Positions 1 through 12,769 are shown, numbered from the stretch's first letter. The stretch: DNA of 64,000 bases from Eledone cirrhosa (GCA_964016885.1 OZ024740.1:208506001-208570000); one strand, 5' to 3'. Translations and numbers: made by a program. Notes: generated by a model from the letters alone, not told the origin.

Positions 1-288
1 TACATACATACTACTGTACGTCTGTATACATATATGTATGTACGTGTTCATACTTATAAATATATATATATATATATATATAAGTATGTATACGTACATA
101 CATATATGTATACAGACGTACAGTAGTATGTATATATATATACATACATGCATACATATATATATGTACGTATGGATTCATCGAACATTTATTATAATGC
201 TCGGTGTGTTTGTAAACAAACATCCCGAATTAAGCCGTACAGTGTCTAGCAACCATCGCTGCTCATTTGTTCAACACTGACAAAGGAA

Positions 289-329
289 CGCTGTAATAGT
301 TTCAAGCTTATTAGCTATCGTCAGCAACG
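289..329 (-). ncRNA. Minimal type-I hammerhead ribozyme, family A (stem III altered)
   Basis: Minus strand reads CGTTG-CTGACGA-t-AGCT-aata-AGCT-t-GAAA-ctat-TA-CAGCG. Confidence 0.7.
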
Positions 330-708
330 TATACCTTCCTGCCAGATTGTTGAACATATATACTTACCTTATGCATATTAACGGCTGAGTAGCCCAATTT
401 GCACATCGAGTGGGTTAATCGGCCGGGTGCACCGAAAACGATAAACGGAAAAAATGAAACGAAATTTCATTTCCCACTCTTAGTACGGCTGTTACTTTAA
501 TATAAGTATGTACACGTACATACATATATGTATACAGACGTACAGTAGTATGTATATATATATACATACATGCACACATATATATATGTACGTATGGATT
601 CACCGAACATTTATTATAATGCTCGGTGTGTTTGTAAACAAACATCCCGTATTAAGCCGTAGTGTCCAGCAACCATCGTTGCTCGTTTGTTCAACACTGA
701 CAAAGGAA

Positions 709-749
709 CGCTGTACTAGTTTCAAGCTTATTAGCTATCGTCAGCAACG
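709..749 (-). ncRNA. Minimal type-I hammerhead ribozyme, family A (intact core)
   Basis: Minus strand reads CGTTG-CTGACGA-t-AGCT-aata-AGCT-t-GAAA-CTAG-TA-CAGCG. Stem III is the palindrome A-CTAG-T. Confidence 0.8.
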
Positions 750-1692
750 TATACCTTCCTGCTAGATGGTTGAAGTCTGAAAGTATAAACTTTCCTTATG
801 CATATTAACGGCTGAGCAGCATAATTTGCATATCGGGTGAGTTAATCGGCCGGGGTACCGAAAACGATAAACGGAAAAGATGAAACGAAATTTCATTTGT
901 CACTCTTAGTACGGCTGTTACTTAAATATAAGTATGTATACATACATACATATATATATACAGACGTACAGTAGTATGTATATATATATACATACATGTA
1001 TATATATATACATACATAAATGTTCGGTGAATCCATACGTACATATATATATGTGTGCATGTATGTATATAAATATACATACTACTGTGCGTCTGTATAT
1101 ATATATGTATGTACGTATACATTCTTATATTTAAGTAACAGCCGTAAGAAATTAGAAATGAAAATTCGTTTCATTTTTTCCGTTTATATATATATATATA
1201 TATATATGTCCCATTCATGAATATTGATATTTATATTTTTATTATTCATTTCATATGAATTGTTAACTCAACTTAATATGACATGACGTAAAGTTGTCAC
1301 TATATCCCCCTCTCTCTATATAGTATTTCCTCTCTCTTGAGTTTTTCTATCTGTATGATGAATTATTATCTCTCTGTTGCTTTCTTTTGTTTTTCTTATT
1401 TCTTCCTTTTTTCTTTCTTTTTTATTTCCTCCTATCTATTTATATCTTTCTTTTCTACATACATTTCTCTCTCTCTCCGGTATTTCTCCAGGTTTTCTTT
1501 TTCTCTCTCTCCTTCTTTTTCTCTCTCCTTCTCTCTCTCCGTTTTTTCTTTCTCTCCGTCTTTTTCTAACTGTGCTTAACACTATAACTAATAAAATAAT
1601 TATAAACATCTCACTATCCAGACAGCTTCCAAAAATAATGGTTGCATCTAATAGGGTACGTCAAAATTATTTATAAAACTGTTTATATATTG

Positions 1693-1757
1693 TATTTTGT
1701 CTGATGAAGGCATACCATATTTTAATTTGGTATCCCTGAAATATGTATAATGAAATA
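1693..1757 (+). ncRNA. Minimal hammerhead ribozyme, family B
   Basis: TATTTTGT-CTGATGA-AGGcATACCA..TGGTATcCCT-GAAA-tatgta-TA-ATGAAATA. Stems I and II pair. Confidence 0.75.
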
Positions 1758-1937
1758 AATATGGTTTTATAAATATAGTTTCCATTTATTTAATATCGTA
1801 TATATATATATATATATATAACGAAGGAAGTGTGGTAAGGAACCAGGTGGACCATAACGCACCAGAGTACTCGATACTTTGGGTAGTAGAGTAGGTAATA
1901 GGAAAAGTTTCAGGACCCCGACGGCAGAGCTCAAGCT

Positions 1938-1981
1938 GTTTCGACGGCTATTTCTGGACGCCCAGAAATAGCCGTCGAAAC
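1938..1981. repeat. Perfect hairpin with 20-bp arms
   Basis: gtttcgacggctatttctgg-acgc-ccagaaatagccgtcgaaac. Confidence 0.9.
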
Positions 1982-2024
1982 GCTAAGTTCTTGTTTTGAA
2001 TATGTCACTATCTAACAACTTGTG

Positions 2025-2086
2025 TATTTTATCTGATGAGAGCGTACCAAATATGTTGGTACCCTTGAAATATATATAATAAAATA
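2025..2086 (+). ncRNA. Minimal hammerhead ribozyme, family B
   Basis: TATTTTAT-CTGATGA-gagcGTACCAA..TTGGTACcctt-GAAA-tatata-TA-ATAAAATA. Stem I is a perfect 8 bp. Confidence 0.78.
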
Positions 2087-2137
2087 AATATGGTTTTATA
2101 AAGATAGTTTCCATTTATTATTATTATTGATATATAT

Positions 2138-2325
2138 CGGCGGTGGATTGGCAGTATCGGTAGAGGGTCTGACGCCATGCTTTGCAGCAAAGAGTTACGG
2201 CCCTTGCCATTCTGAGTTCAAATCCCGCCGAGGTTAATTTTGCCTTTCATCCTTATGGGGTCGATGAAATAAAGTATCAGTAATACACTGGGATAATTGC
2301 TGGCCTTGTGCCAAAAGTAGAAACA
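2138..2325 (+). mobile_element. tRNA-derived SINE (cephalopod-type) with 15-bp target-site duplication (TSD)
   Basis: A-box-like tggcagtatcgg, B box gagttcaaatcc and body gcctttcatcc..ggtcgat..aaataaagta. Flanked by attattgatatatat at 2123-2137 and 2326-2340. Confidence 0.85.
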
Positions 2326-2332
2326 ATTATTG

Positions 2333-2374
<42 letters not shown>

Positions 2375-2377
<3 letters not shown>

Positions 2378-2598
2378 AGGGAAAAACCCTGAACACGCCC
2401 GCGTAACTAAAAGTGAACTAGGTGAAATGTTTATAAATAATAACTGAAGTGAACTGTCAGTAGAATGTATATATGGAGTCTCCTTGTAGTGATTTCGTTG
2501 GAGGTCCGAAATTACGTCTGGTGAATACTTTGGTTTTACCTTCGTTCATAAAGATATATTAACAGATGTAACACCCCATCATAACAGTGGCGACGAAG
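2375..2598 (+). mobile_element. Probable LTR plus primer-binding site (Gypsy-like remnant), cut off by the Helitron
   Basis: A TGTAGG...AACA segment (2375-2586) is followed by TGGCGACGAAG, a typical Gypsy PBS start. No second LTR was found. Confidence 0.4.
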
Positions 2599-3674
2599 AT
2601 GATATCTCTCTATATATATATAACGGTAGATGTCTGTCTGTGTGTGTGTATGATTTTTATGCATTTCCACATTTCTCTACCGATTTTGATGTTCTTTTTT
2701 CCAATGTGCTCCAAATTTACCAGGGCAGGTCAGCGCGTAATTATTTTTGCCAAAGATTTCCTGCTTCTATCAAAAGAAGTCGATAAAACTAAATACATGC
2801 TGTAACCCTCTCTCTTACACGCTTCATTCCTCTCACTACTACCATAAAAAATATATGAAACTACATACATGTTGCAACTCTCTTTAAAAGGTTCATCCTT
2901 TTCTCTACTCCACTCTCAATCTCCTCTGCAACTCTCTTTAAAACGTTACTGCCTCCGTCTACTACTCTATCACCATTACAATTTAGAACAACGACAAAAC
3001 TTCTTTTGAAGGAACGCGACACAAACTTTGGAACCTAAGCAACACAACAACCATACCTTTACTCTCTCCGTCACTCTTCCCTCTCTCTAGAATAGATTAT
3101 TCCCCCTCTCTATAATTTAACTGCTTTACTCTCTTCATGCTTCGAGGTTTAACACTAGCTTCACTCTATCCGTCGCTCTTCTCTCTATATATAATAGATC
3201 TTTCCCCCTATTCGTTCGGGAACGCGAAAAAAAGCTTTGATTACTAAGCAACACATCATTTTATACAACAACAACAAACAATCATAACGACACTCATACA
3301 TCAAATATCAAAATTTAAAAAGCCGATAACACTAAATACATACTGCTTTCTCAACGTTACATTTTACACACATTTTACATCAAATAACAAATATTCAAAA
3401 GCAACAGATGAATTTATAAAACAACAAACGTAACAATAACGACGCTTAAGCATTTATTTACATGATTCTCAACAAAGACATTATATTTTATTGTTGTCCT
3501 TTTTGTAATTTTCGTTCTTTGTTTTTTTCAATATGAGACGAAAAATTAATGAGAACTTTTTTCACGGGATTCTATTCAAAGTCGGGACAATTATTGCTTT
3601 TGGTCAGGAGAAGGTCATGAAGCAAAAAAATTTCAAATCAATCAACGATAAGGTCAAAAAGCTATCATGATCAT

Positions 3675-3985
3675 TCCCCCTCTCTATAATTTAACTGCTT
3701 TACTCTCTCTGTCGCTCTTCACTCCCTATATGACAACACTGCAGAGAGAGAAAAAACATATATGATCAAATGGAGCGTTCCGTATATTCCCGCTCTATAT
3801 AATTTAACTGCTTTGCTCTCTCTGTCGCTCTTCACTCCCTATATGACAACACTACAGAGAGAGAAACAATGTATATGATCAAATGGAGCGTTCCGTATAT
3901 TCCTCCTCTCTATAATTTAACAGCTTTACTCTCTCTGTCGCTCTACACTGCATATATGACAATTCTGCAGTGGAGCGTTCCGTAT
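3675..3985 (+). repeat. ~118-bp direct repeat x3 in the Helitron 5' region
   Basis: tataatttaactgctttactctctctgtcgctcttcactccctatatgacaac...tggagcgttccgtat occurs three times. Confidence 0.85.
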
Positions 3986-4029
3986 TGACATACGGCTTAT
4001 CTGGGGCATTTTCAATCGGCTTATTGCAA

Positions 4030-7004
4030 ATAATAACCCGCAAAATAACACTTCATATAACAGATTAATGCTATAGACATATGAATCGGAATGTTACCCG
4101 TGAACTTTTTCCTGGACAAAATTATTCGAACAGACATGACCTCATTGCCAGAGTGTTCAGACTGAAACTGGCTAAACTCATCGCTTTAATCAAAAAGGTC
4201 AGGTATTTGGAGCTGTAAAATGTGACATGTTCACCGTAGAATGGCAAAAACGAGGGCTGCCACATGCTCACATTTTGATTTGGTTAGCTGATAAAATCAA
4301 TTCAAATGCCATAGACAGCTTCATTTTGGCTGAAATCCCTAACCCAGCAACTGATCAGGAATTACATGACATCGTCCAAGCTAACATAGTCCGTGTGTGT
4401 CGGGTCCTAATTAGCATCACACGTGTCTGAAAGGGGGGGTCATGCAGTAAGGGATACCCCCAAAGATTTGTTGACCAGACTCAGACTGATGGCGACGGGT
4501 ACCCCTTGTACAGGTGGATACGGCCCGAGAAGGGTGGCTTCACCACAACAGTAAGGGGAGGTCAAGTCGACAATAGATGGGTGGTCCCTTACTGCCCGCT
4601 TCTCTTGAAGATGTTCAACGCCCACATCAACGTTGAGTTTTGCAACTCCGTCAAGTCGATAAAATACATATGCAAATATGTAAATAAGGGCTCTGATGCC
4701 GCAATGTTCGCATTTCAAGCTGAAAATATCAGGGACGAGATCACAGAATACCTTGGCGGCGCGGTACATCAGTAACAATGAAGCTTTTTGGCGCCTATTT
4801 GGTTTACCCCTACACCAACGTCACCCCGCCATCGTACAGCTTGCGGTACATTTGGAAAATGGGCAAAGGGTTTACTTTACGGACCAAACTGCCGCCAAGT
4901 TGGCCGCCGATCCGAAAGAGACCACTCTGACGGGTTTCTTCAAACTTTGCCAGTTCGATACATTTGCGCAAACAATTGTGTACCCCCAGGTTCCGTCCTA
5001 CTTTATATGGTCGAAAAACACTTGGGTGCGAAGAAAGTCAGGTCAGGCTGCTGAGAGACATCCTGGTGTAAAATTTGACAGCTGTCTTGGAAGGGTTTAT
5101 ACTGTGCTCCCAAGTCAGCATGAGTGCTTTCATCTCCGCCTTCTTCTGCATGAAGTTGTAGGCCCACAAAGTTTTTAGGACATCAAAACTGTTGATGGAG
5201 AAATATGTGATACATACCGGGAAGCCTGCTTTAAGCGTGGTCTTTTGGAAGATGATTCGCAATGGGATTCCACTTTAGCAGAGGGTGCTTTGTTGAAATC
5301 ACCTAAAGGTCTACGGGAACTCTTTGCTATTTTGCTTCAAAAGTGTGAATTGGGTGATCTTTATGGGTCAAGTACAGAGACTTCATGTCTGAGGACTTCC
5401 TGCACCTGGCTCATCTGCAGTATACTTCAGTGAAAGTTGGTTATAGCGACATTATCTACAATAGGGCACTCATTGATATCGAGGACGCCCTCCTCGACAT
5501 GGGTGGGAGTGAGTTGGCGACGTATGGCTTGCCGTCAACCGTCAGAGAGGAAACTAACACGTTGGCCCCGGATTTGTTGTGGGAAACAGCATATGACATC
5601 GAATCTCTTTCCCAATACTTAGAGGAAAATGAGCCCAAACTTCTATCGGACGAAAGATTGGCCTATTTAACTATCATTGACGCGGTTCAAAATCAGACTG
5701 GAGGTATTTACTTTCTCGATGCTCCTGGGGGTACCGGAAAAACTTATGTAACGAAATTGATTCTCGCTAAGATTCTTCAGGAGAAAAAAATTGCGTTGGC
5801 CTTTGCATCGTCCGGGATCGCTGCTACTTTGTTGCCGGGAGGCAGGACAGCACATTCAACCTTTAAACTACCCTTGGATTTAGTAAAAACTGAGACACCA
5901 ATATACAATATCAGCAAGAGTTCACACGAAGCTCTGGTTCTCAAAAAATGTTGCCTCATTGTTTGGGATGAGTGCACAATGGCACACAAGGGTGCCCTTG
6001 AGGCATTGGATGAGACCCTGAAAGACATTAGGGATTCTACGGCTCCTATGGGTGGCGTAACCCTTCTGCTATCAGGGGATTTTCAGCAAACGCTGCCTGA
6101 CATCCCCAAAGGGACAAGAGCTGATGAAGTGCGTGCCTGTCTTAAGTCGTCCATGTTGTAGCTCTAGGTGAAGAGTTTGTACCTGAGCACAAATATGCGT
6201 GCTCATTTGCATGGTGACAACATGTCTGCAGCATTTGCTCAGAATATTTTAACACTTGGTGAGGGCAAGGTCCCTGCGGATGACAAGGGCGGCATAGCAA
6301 TCGACTCCCTGTGCAACATTGTGAGCAGCCCTTCTGACGTTCGGGAAGCAGTTTTTCCTAATGTCTCATCTAACTTTAAAAACCTCAATTGGCTCAGCGA
6401 AAGAGCCATCCTTGCTCCGAAAAATACCATGGTTAATTTTATTAACGAGCAGCTGATTGAAAAGATTCCCGGTAAAGAACACATCTTCAAATCTATCGAC
6501 TGGACGTCAGACCCCGACGATATCGTTAATTATCCGGTTGAGTTATTAAATTCCCTTGAGACGCCAGGGCTCCCACCTCACATTCTTAAGCTTAGGGTTG
6601 GCTGTCCCATTATGCTAATAAGGAACTTGCGTCCACCAAAGCAGTGCAACGGTACTCGCATGGTAGTCAAGTCACTGACGCCCCACTTGATTGAGGCCAC
6701 CATTGTAACGGGGTGCGGGAGAGGGGAGAATGTTTTCATTCCAAGGATGAACCTTTTCCCCTCGGCGTCAGATATTCCGTTCGATTTCCGGCGATCCCAA
6801 TTACCAGTGATACCATGTTTTGCCATGTCCATTAACAAGTCACAATGGCAAACATTGTCGGTGGCGGGCATCCATTTGAGGGAGCCATGCTTCTCCCATG
6901 GCCAACTTTATGTTGCCTGTTCCCGCGTAGGGAGCAGGAATGGACATTTTGCTTACACTCCTCAAGGGATGACACGCAATATTGTCTACAAAGAGGTGCT
7001 ATAG
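4030..7004 (+). pseudogene. Helitron RepHel (HUH Rep + PIF1-family helicase), frameshifted with premature stops
   Basis: Rep motifs VEWQKRGLPHAHIL (HUH) and SVKSIKYICKYVNKG (Y2). Helicase motifs FLDAPGGTGKT (Walker A), LIVWDE, LLSGDFQQTLP, FAMSINKSQ and FSHGQLYVACSRV. Split over ORFs 4227-4430, 4506-4775, 4696-5178, 5385-6161 and 6168-7004. Confidence 0.95.
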
Positions 7005-7319
7005 ATGTTGGTGCAGGTGTTGGAGGTGTTGGAGCTATGCCGTCTGGAAAACTGGTAGTGTCACCCATAGAGGACAGATCTGACACCCAGCGGCATCAGG
7101 GCCACCATCTTGCAACTTTGGTCTACTAAATTCGCTATTGGAAGATTATTAACCCATCATTGATTGTCCAAAATGCTAATTGGTTCGTAACTTTTAATAA
7201 CCAGTTCAACTGCTTTATGCAGTTAATTGATAAACTTATGCGCTTTCAAGCCACGTTTACCTGTTTGTAACTTTTCATAGCAAATGAACAAACCCGAGCA
7301 ACGCCGAGCTAAACTGCTA

Positions 7320-7351
<32 letters not shown>

Positions 7352-7361
7352 GTATATATAC

Positions 7362-7453
<92 letters not shown>

Positions 7454-7549
7454 TTATATATATACGTTAGTTTCAGAAGATCCCGTTAAGGGTGAAAGCA
7501 GCGATTCTTTGCTTAAACTTTAATCTGTTATTTTAATAAATATATATAC

Positions 7550-7615
<66 letters not shown>

Positions 7616-7619
7616 GTAT

Positions 7620-8082
7620 ATATAAACAAATAGTAAAATGGAAAAATCTCAGTAGAAAATGTTGAAGGGATTTTTTCAGTATAATATCAAAACATTTATT
7701 TATACAGTTGTTATTTCCGCATTTAATAATGGTACCGGTTTCAGCATTATATGTGGATGTACAAAGTGCAATTAAGTTGCATATTTATACGAATAATAAT
7801 TAAATGGGGGAAAAATTATTAGTTTTTACATACCTATTTAGAGAAGAAAGTTCTTGTCTCTGTCCAAGGTTATTCATCGTTCTGTTAGTTTGCTAACAGA
7901 GGTGGTAGTAGTTTTAAAATCTTTTGGTTTCTGACCCAAAAAGCATATAATGCTGAAACCGGTACCACTATTAAATGCGGAAATACCCACATTATAAATA
8001 CATGTTTTGATATTATACTGAAAAAATCCTTCCAGCATTTTCTACTGGATTTTTTTCCTTTTTACTATTTGTTTATATATAT
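7620..8082. repeat. Inverted repeat, ~130-bp arms, Penelope pLTR-like with a partial HHR
   Basis: 7620-7753 is the imperfect reverse complement of 7944-8082. The right arm has AGCAT-ata-ATGCT-GAAA-CCGG-TA (3' half of an HHR) but no CTGANGA. Confidence 0.75.
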
Positions 8083-8115
8083 CAACTCGTGTGTCACTTT
8101 TCTACATTCCATATA

Positions 8116-8149
<34 letters not shown>

Positions 8150-8654
8150 CAATGACTGGTTATGCAATGGTTATATCATCGACAGTTTCCATGTGGCATC
8201 ATCAGATGCTCATACAATTATGAGGTGTAGTTATGAAAGTATGCAGGTGTGCCACTGGTAATATATTACCATCTTGATGTGGTGCGAGTGAACATAAACA
8301 TCAACATTTCACTTGGGGATACCCTACTGACATGGAGTGCTTTGAAACTGCGTAAACCGGTTTATCCTCGCGGCCATATAACCTGACCCCCACCGATACA
8401 CACCGTAATTATCTGCATATATATATATATATATAAATATATATAGTCTTCGACCTGTTTTATCGTTGTTGTGGTATAAGTATGGTATTTTCGTCTCATT
8501 TCTTGGTGTTACAGTTTCTAAACATTGTGTTTACTCTGGACGAAAATGTATTAACTTTTCGCACCATTGAGTGCTCTGAGACTGCTTCAAACAATTTGAT
8601 TGTTATCTGCTATACTGCGGTTACAACTTCGTTTTATACCTATCGTTATTGGGG

Positions 8655-8818
8655 GTCGGACGCTCAGTTTTGCACCATAGAGTTACGGCTCTTTGCGTTC
8701 TCAGTTCAAATCCTGGCGAGGTTAACTTTGCCTTTCATCCCTATGGGATCGATAAAATAAAGCACCAGTAATGCACTGGGATAATTATTGGCCTTGTACC
8801 AAAAGTAGAAACAATTAC
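8655..8818 (+). mobile_element. SINE, same family as 2138
   Basis: cagttcaaatcctggcgaggttaactttgcctttcatcc...ggccttgtaccaaaagtagaaacaatta. Confidence 0.8.
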
Positions 8819-8966
<148 letters not shown>

Positions 8967-9401
8967 TGTTTCTATAAGATGTAACTGTAATAGCATAATT
9001 GTGTCCTCTATGGAAAATACTCTTTTTTCGGTTTTGACTGGTTTTTGTGGATGTCTCGTAAAATTCTGGGGATCTTCTAACTTTACCTTTTTAATGTCAA
9101 AGGTATTTTCACTTTAAAAACACATATGTATATCTATCAATTGATGTTATTTGTTATTGGTGAAACACGTGTAAAATGAATCAAACTCCTCAATTCAACC
9201 TACACCCTTCATTCATTCTCCGATGTTCATAGTCTGTCATGTTACTTAAGTGTAATTATAGGAACTTAACTTATGGTTTTTACCTTGGATATTTTTGCTC
9301 TACATAATTGTTGACTGTAATAATACATTGAGCTTGGGATCGTCTTGTCATTTCATTATAAAGTAAATCTTCCTACTTATTAAACTTCCTACGTGTGTGT
9401 G

Positions 9402-9497
<96 letters not shown>

Positions 9498-9651
9498 TCT
9501 CTACGTGCGTCATCGTTGAGCAGTTCTTCAGGAAGCAAGGTCGAAATAATTGCGTTGGCTTCTTTGCCTTTGGTATTATATCGATCTAAATTGCCCATTA
9601 CACACACACACACACATATATACGCACGCACACACACACACACATATATAT

Positions 9652-9774
<123 letters not shown>

Positions 9775-9889
9775 AAAGAATGGGGACCCGACGCCTAAGC
9801 TCTTGCTTTTTCAACAGCTAGTTCCATAATGGTGTAACCAGTTTCAAACTGAATCCATCCTGATTTATATATATATATATATATATATT

Positions 9890-10369
<480 letters not shown>

Positions 10370-10377
10370 TATATATA

Positions 10378-10418
<41 letters not shown>

Positions 10419-10543
10419 TAATATATATATAAAAATATATAATGAACAAAAATCGTGGAGTGTTTCACGTCTGTTTAAGAATAAGTCGACAAAGTTTTAA
10501 TCAACCAACTTCAATTGAATAATATATATATAATATATATATG

Positions 10544-10672
10544 TGGAGGCGCGTGGCTGAGTGGTTAGAGAACTGGATTCACAATCGTGAGATTGTGAGT
10601 TCGAATCCCGAACCGGGCGATGCGTTATGTCCTTGAGCAAGACACTTTATTTCACGTTGCTCCTTCTACCTG
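10544..10672 (+). mobile_element. tRNA-derived SINE head plus central domain
   Basis: A box tggctgagtgg and B box gagttcgaatcc, followed by gtccttgagcaagacacttt. Confidence 0.75.
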
Positions 10673-10761
10673 GAGTTGCGACCGATAGATAGTATTAGCA
10701 ATTGGAAAGACCAATGGAAACATTGTTTCCTCGGTCCGATTTGACGAAAGTCGATCGACTG

Positions 10762-10765
<4 letters not shown>

Positions 10766-10798
<33 letters not shown>

Positions 10799-11540
10799 CT
10801 TTGTCTCTCTGTCTGTCTGTCTGTTCCTATGCATTCTCAAACGGCTCCACCAAATCAAATCAAATTTTACAAGGTAATAGTATTAGACCCCGGGAGTGTC
10901 AACATGTAATTTTATTTTCATTTCGATTAAAACGATATAACATTTTATCTAAAATAATCTTTCTATAGTAGTCAACTATAGTAAAGCACATTTTATACCA
11001 CCACCACCACGACGTTACATTTTTTATGTATGAGTGTGTATGTGTTTTCGAGTTCGTTACGTACATTAAGCCTCACAGAATTAAACACACACACATCTAT
11101 ACATACATATAGCCTTAGTATATTGCATACACATTATCTTTACACACAGACAATTAAACACACACACATCTACACATATAGATACATATGTGTTGACAGA
11201 CAAGTAATAGGTGTGCGTGAATGTATGTATGTGTGTGTCTGTCTTAGTATATGTATGTGAGCGTATGTGAGAGTGAATGTGTGTGAGTGTGTAGCAACAA
11301 TTCATACATTTGGACACCAACAAAAAATTGCACAATGAATATTATTTACCCTAAGGTGCTTCAAGATTGACAGATTTTCATTTCTAAATTCTATTATCAT
11401 TACAATTTTGATATTTTTAAAATAAAATATGGATATTTTGAAATAATTATGAGAAGAAAAAATACATATCTTCATATTTATTGTTTACTAATCTGAATAA
11501 GAACATCAGTAACCCGGACAACGCCGGTTAATTCAGCTAG
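10766..11540 (+). mobile_element. Non-autonomous Helitron
   Basis: 5' tatatataaaa..tctgtctgtctg (exact start is inside a TA run). 3' hairpin ccggacaacgccgg followed by CTAG|T at 11537-11541. Confidence 0.8.
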
Positions 11541-11847
11541 TATATTATAAAGTGAAATGACAGGAAACCAAATATGTTGAATTTCCTTAATTTTCTATTG
11601 CTGTAAACACTACGTACATTTCAGTTGCCAGGTTGCGTGGTAAACCACCACATTTAAACGTATATATATGTATATATATGTAGGATAACAATAAATCGTT
11701 AAAGGAAATCCGATAATAGTCTGTGAAAACTATTTATCATGGACAGTTTAAGCGTACGGTACTGTGTGACTCAACAAGAAGTTTACGTTGGTGACGATTT
11801 TATGACTTCGCTTGTATTCCTATGTAAATATATCTTGGAGTAATAAA

Positions 11848-12246
11848 AAAAAAGTGAAGAATAACATGGTTGACAGCACAAACAAGGATATTTATTTACA
11901 GTCTTACAATTGTTTCCATGATAGGATTGTCTATAAATTGCTAAATACTGGAGACAGTATAACTCAATTTACAATACATCTAACTTCAATCATTTCATCA
12001 GAGACAACTAAGAAATATAAAATATATGCGTAACGGTAAACTTAAAAATTCAAATTACTACATCAATAATAGTATTAATGATAAATAAATAAATAAATGT
12101 ATAAATAAATAATAAGATGTATTGTAAATTGAGTTATATTGTCGCCAGTATTTAGCAATTTATAGACAATTCTATCATGGAAACAATTGTAAGACTGTAA
12201 ATAAATATCCTTGTTTGTGCTGTCAACCATGTTATTCTTCACTTTT

Positions 12247-12250
<4 letters not shown>
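11848..12250. repeat. Inverted repeat, ~130-bp arms (11848-11981 / 12115-12250)
   Basis: The same peptide KKVKNNMVDSTNKD..TIHL appears on both strands in the ORF track. Confidence 0.9.
11901..12005 (-). ncRNA. Hammerhead ribozyme candidate with a long stem-II insert (family C)
   Basis: Minus strand reads GTCT-CTGATGA-aATGAT..(~65 nt)..ATCATg-GAAA-CAATTG-TA-AGAC. Stem III is palindromic. Confidence 0.55.
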
Positions 12251-12285
<35 letters not shown>

Positions 12286-12305
12286 GAGAGGGGGGAGAAA
12301 GAGAT

Positions 12306-12379
<74 letters not shown>

Positions 12380-12769
12380 TCATTATTCTCAACAGTATAT
12401 TATATATACTACTGTTATAACCTTTATCTATACCTCATCTTTTATGGCCAAACTGACCCCTGACACAGCCCCAGCCGGCTCCTTCCTTTCTACATCTCTC
12501 ATCCCATGACCCTCTTTTAGCGCCTTTAACTTTTACTTATGTGGTTTTTAGTTTTTATTTACTATTTTGTTTTATTTCTTATGCTTTTATTTTTATTTAT
12601 TATTTATTGCTTATCCTATATTTTTATTTTTTATTTCTATTCTTTATTTTTTATTATCATTTCCAACTTTTCTTTGTACGAGAATTCCTTTTATTGCAAA
12701 ATTTCTGACAAACTATTTTACGATTTAATTTGTAAAATAGAGGAAAAGACTATAAAAGCCATAAATGAG

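Larger units (their letters stand above)
1..1185 (-). mobile_element. Tandem and inverted array of a ~420-426 bp HHR-bearing unit (family A; retrozyme / Penelope pseudo-LTR-like)
   Basis: The unit landmark taagtatg recurs at 81, 503 and 929. Inverted partial copies lie at 1-58 and 1020-1185. Each full unit carries an HHR on the minus strand. The same family recurs at 9890-10228, 17741-18002 and 42978-43735. Confidence 0.8.
2605..7320 (+). mobile_element. Helitron (rolling-circle transposon), defective autonomous-type copy
   Basis: 5' end A|TCTCTCTATATATA..gtctgtctg. 3' subterminal ccgagcaacgccgag followed by CTAG|T at 7317-7321. Internal Rep/helicase coding sequence. Confidence 0.9.

Noticed and set aside
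7470-7505. HHR-like CAGAAGA-tccc..ggg-t-GAAA
   Set aside because: The core is mutated and there is no stem III or stem I; at most a relic.
8177-8210. Minus-strand CTGATGA-tgccacatg-GAAA
   Set aside because: Stems II and III cannot be formed convincingly.
9140-9175. GAAA-CACGTG-TA half-HHR
   Set aside because: No intact CTGANGA or stem II upstream.
10544-10620. tRNA gene
   Set aside because: A and B boxes are present, but there is no clean acceptor stem and it continues into a SINE body.
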